From an uncultured Bacillales bacterium (GTDB taxonomy: Bacteria > Bacillota_I > Bacilli_A > RF39 > UBA660), in NCBI GenBank assembly GCA_947165475.1, contig CAMVAN010000001.1, positions 1 through 55,407 of the forward strand: a stretch of 55,407 nucleotides of DNA, in the 5' to 3' direction. The notes under the pieces were generated by a model. The model ran no database searches, had not been told where the DNA came from, and saw only the letters and a list, made by a program, of their open reading frames with translations. This document shows, piece by piece, positions 54,221-55,407 of the stretch (position 1 is its first letter; every line of letters begins with the position of its first letter). Made by a program: the position numbers and the translations under genes.

Positions 54221-55407
54221 ATGGAAAAATATGAAATTATCAAAAATATTGCTAAAAGAAGTGGAGGAGATATTTATTTAGGAATAGTTGGTGCAGTACG
54301 AACAGGGAAATCAACATTTATAAAAAAAATGGTTGAAACATTAATTATTCCAAATATAGAAGATGAATATGAGAAAAAAAGAGCTTTAGATGAAATACCT
54401 CAAAGTGCTGCAGGGAAAACAATAATGACAACAGAACCAAAATTTGTACCAAATAACACAGCAAAAATAAAAATAGAAGAAGTAAATTGCAATATAAAAT
54501 TAATTGATTGTGTAGGATATATGATTAACAATGCAATTGGAGCAGTTGATGAAAATGGTCCAAGAATGGTTAGAACCCCTTGGTATACAGAAGAAATTCC
54601 CTTCACAGAAGCAGCGGAAATTGGAACAGAAAAAGTAATAAAAGAACATTCAACTATTGGAATAGTAATTACAACAGACGGATCAATTGGAGAATTCCAA
54701 AGAGAAGACTACATTGATGCAGAAAAGCGTGTAATTGATGAATTACAATCAATAGGAAAACCTTTTATTGTAATATTAAATACAACCCACCCTAATCTTC
54801 CAGAAACACAAAAACTAAAAGAAAACATGGAAAAAGATTATAATGTCCCAATATTACCAATAAACATTGAATCCATGAATGAAAAAGATATGATAAATAT
54901 TTTGAAAGAAGCACTTTACGAATTTCCAGTAATGGAAGTAAGAATTAATATGCCAAAATGGATAACAATACTAAAACCAGATAATAAAATAAAAGAAGCT
55001 TATATTAATACAATAAAAAAAAGCATTATAGAAATAGATAAAATTAAAGATATAGAAAAAATAACAAATCACTTTACAGAAAATAAATATATCGAAAAAA
55101 GCTATTTATCAGAAATCGATACATCTACAGGAATTATAACAGTAAACTTAACATCACCAGTTGAATTATATAATGAAACATTAAAACAATTAATCGATGT
55201 AGAAATTAATAATAAAACGGACTTACTATCTTTATTTCAAGAATTAAATACAGCAAAAAAAGAATATGATGGAATAAAATATGCACTAAAAATGGTTAAA
55301 CAAACCGGATATGGTATAGCAATACCAGCAATCGAAGATATGAAACTTGACAAACCAGAAATAATTAAACAAGGATCAAGATATGGAGTAAAATTAAAAG
55401 CAGTTGC
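54221..55407 (+). CDS. spoIVA: Stage IV sporulation protein A (spore-coat basement-layer ATPase), 3' end beyond the window
   Basis: Not in the track because there is no stop in the window. MEKYEIIKNIAKRSGGDIYLGIVGAVRTGKSTFIKKM..PQSAAGKTIMTTEPKFVP has the Walker A and is strongly SpoIVA-like. A GGAGAG RBS lies upstream. Confidence 0.95.
   Translation, partial: MEKYEIIKNIAKRSGGDIYLGIVGAVRTGKSTFIKKMVETLIIPNIEDEYEKKRALDEIPQSAAGKTIMTTEPKFVPNNTAKIKIEEVNCNIKLIDCVGYMINNAIGAVDENGPRMVRTPWYTEEIPFTEAAEIGTEKVIKEHSTIGIVITTDGSIGEFQREDYIDAEKRVIDELQSIGKPFIVILNTTHPNLPETQKLKENMEKDYNVPILPINIESMNEKDMINILKEALYEFPVMEVRINMPKWITILKPDNKIKEAYINTIKKSIIEIDKIKDIEKITNHFTENKYIEKSYLSEIDTSTGIITVNLTSPVELYNETLKQLIDVEINNKTDLLSLFQELNTAKKEYDGIKYALKMVKQTGYGIAIPAIEDMKLDKPEIIKQGSRYGVKLKAV

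Overview
Very AT-rich, standard-code (TGA is a stop) chromosome segment from a sporulating low-GC Bacillota. I saw no tRNA, rRNA or CRISPR. From about 26 kb to the right edge it is mostly housekeeping with Bacillus-like local synteny. The genes are ftsY-ylxM...ffh, rnjA, rny, a MurE-type ligase, recA, pgsA, a rodZ-like gene, rnpB next to gpsB, recU-ponA, nth-dnaD, cca, hup, der, a SpoVIF-like gene and spoIVA. The left 26 kb is accessory. It starts with a truncated large serine recombinase at the window edge and a few small secreted or lipoprotein genes. The main item is a ~23-kb, 12-gene minus-strand operon (2341-25318). In it, a divergent F-type ATPase gene set sits in canonical order: c-like, b-like, alpha, gamma, beta, short epsilon, plus a small polytopic membrane protein. 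This set is translationally coupled to four membrane-anchored surface proteins of 1777, 474, 237 and 3245 aa. The alpha/beta catalytic motifs are intact. The c-like subunit has no ion-binding carboxylate, there is no delta gene and no canonical a gene, and epsilon lacks its C-terminal helices. The 3245-aa protein has transmembrane (TM) helices at both ends, FN3/Ig-like arrays, an ALK/LTK-type glycine-rich domain and three GLUG-type beta-helix modules. I read this as an undescribed ATPase-derived surface machine. It is conceptually reminiscent of the F1-like ATPases of Mollicutes (Mycoplasma mobile gliding motor, MIB-MIP-linked clusters). Secondary items are a HerA-like ATPase gene pair inserted between ylxM and ffh, a gene-decay zone between rnjA and rny, an acidic tandem repeat in ftsY and a LexA box at recA. 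All family assignments rest on motifs read by eye; no searches were run.
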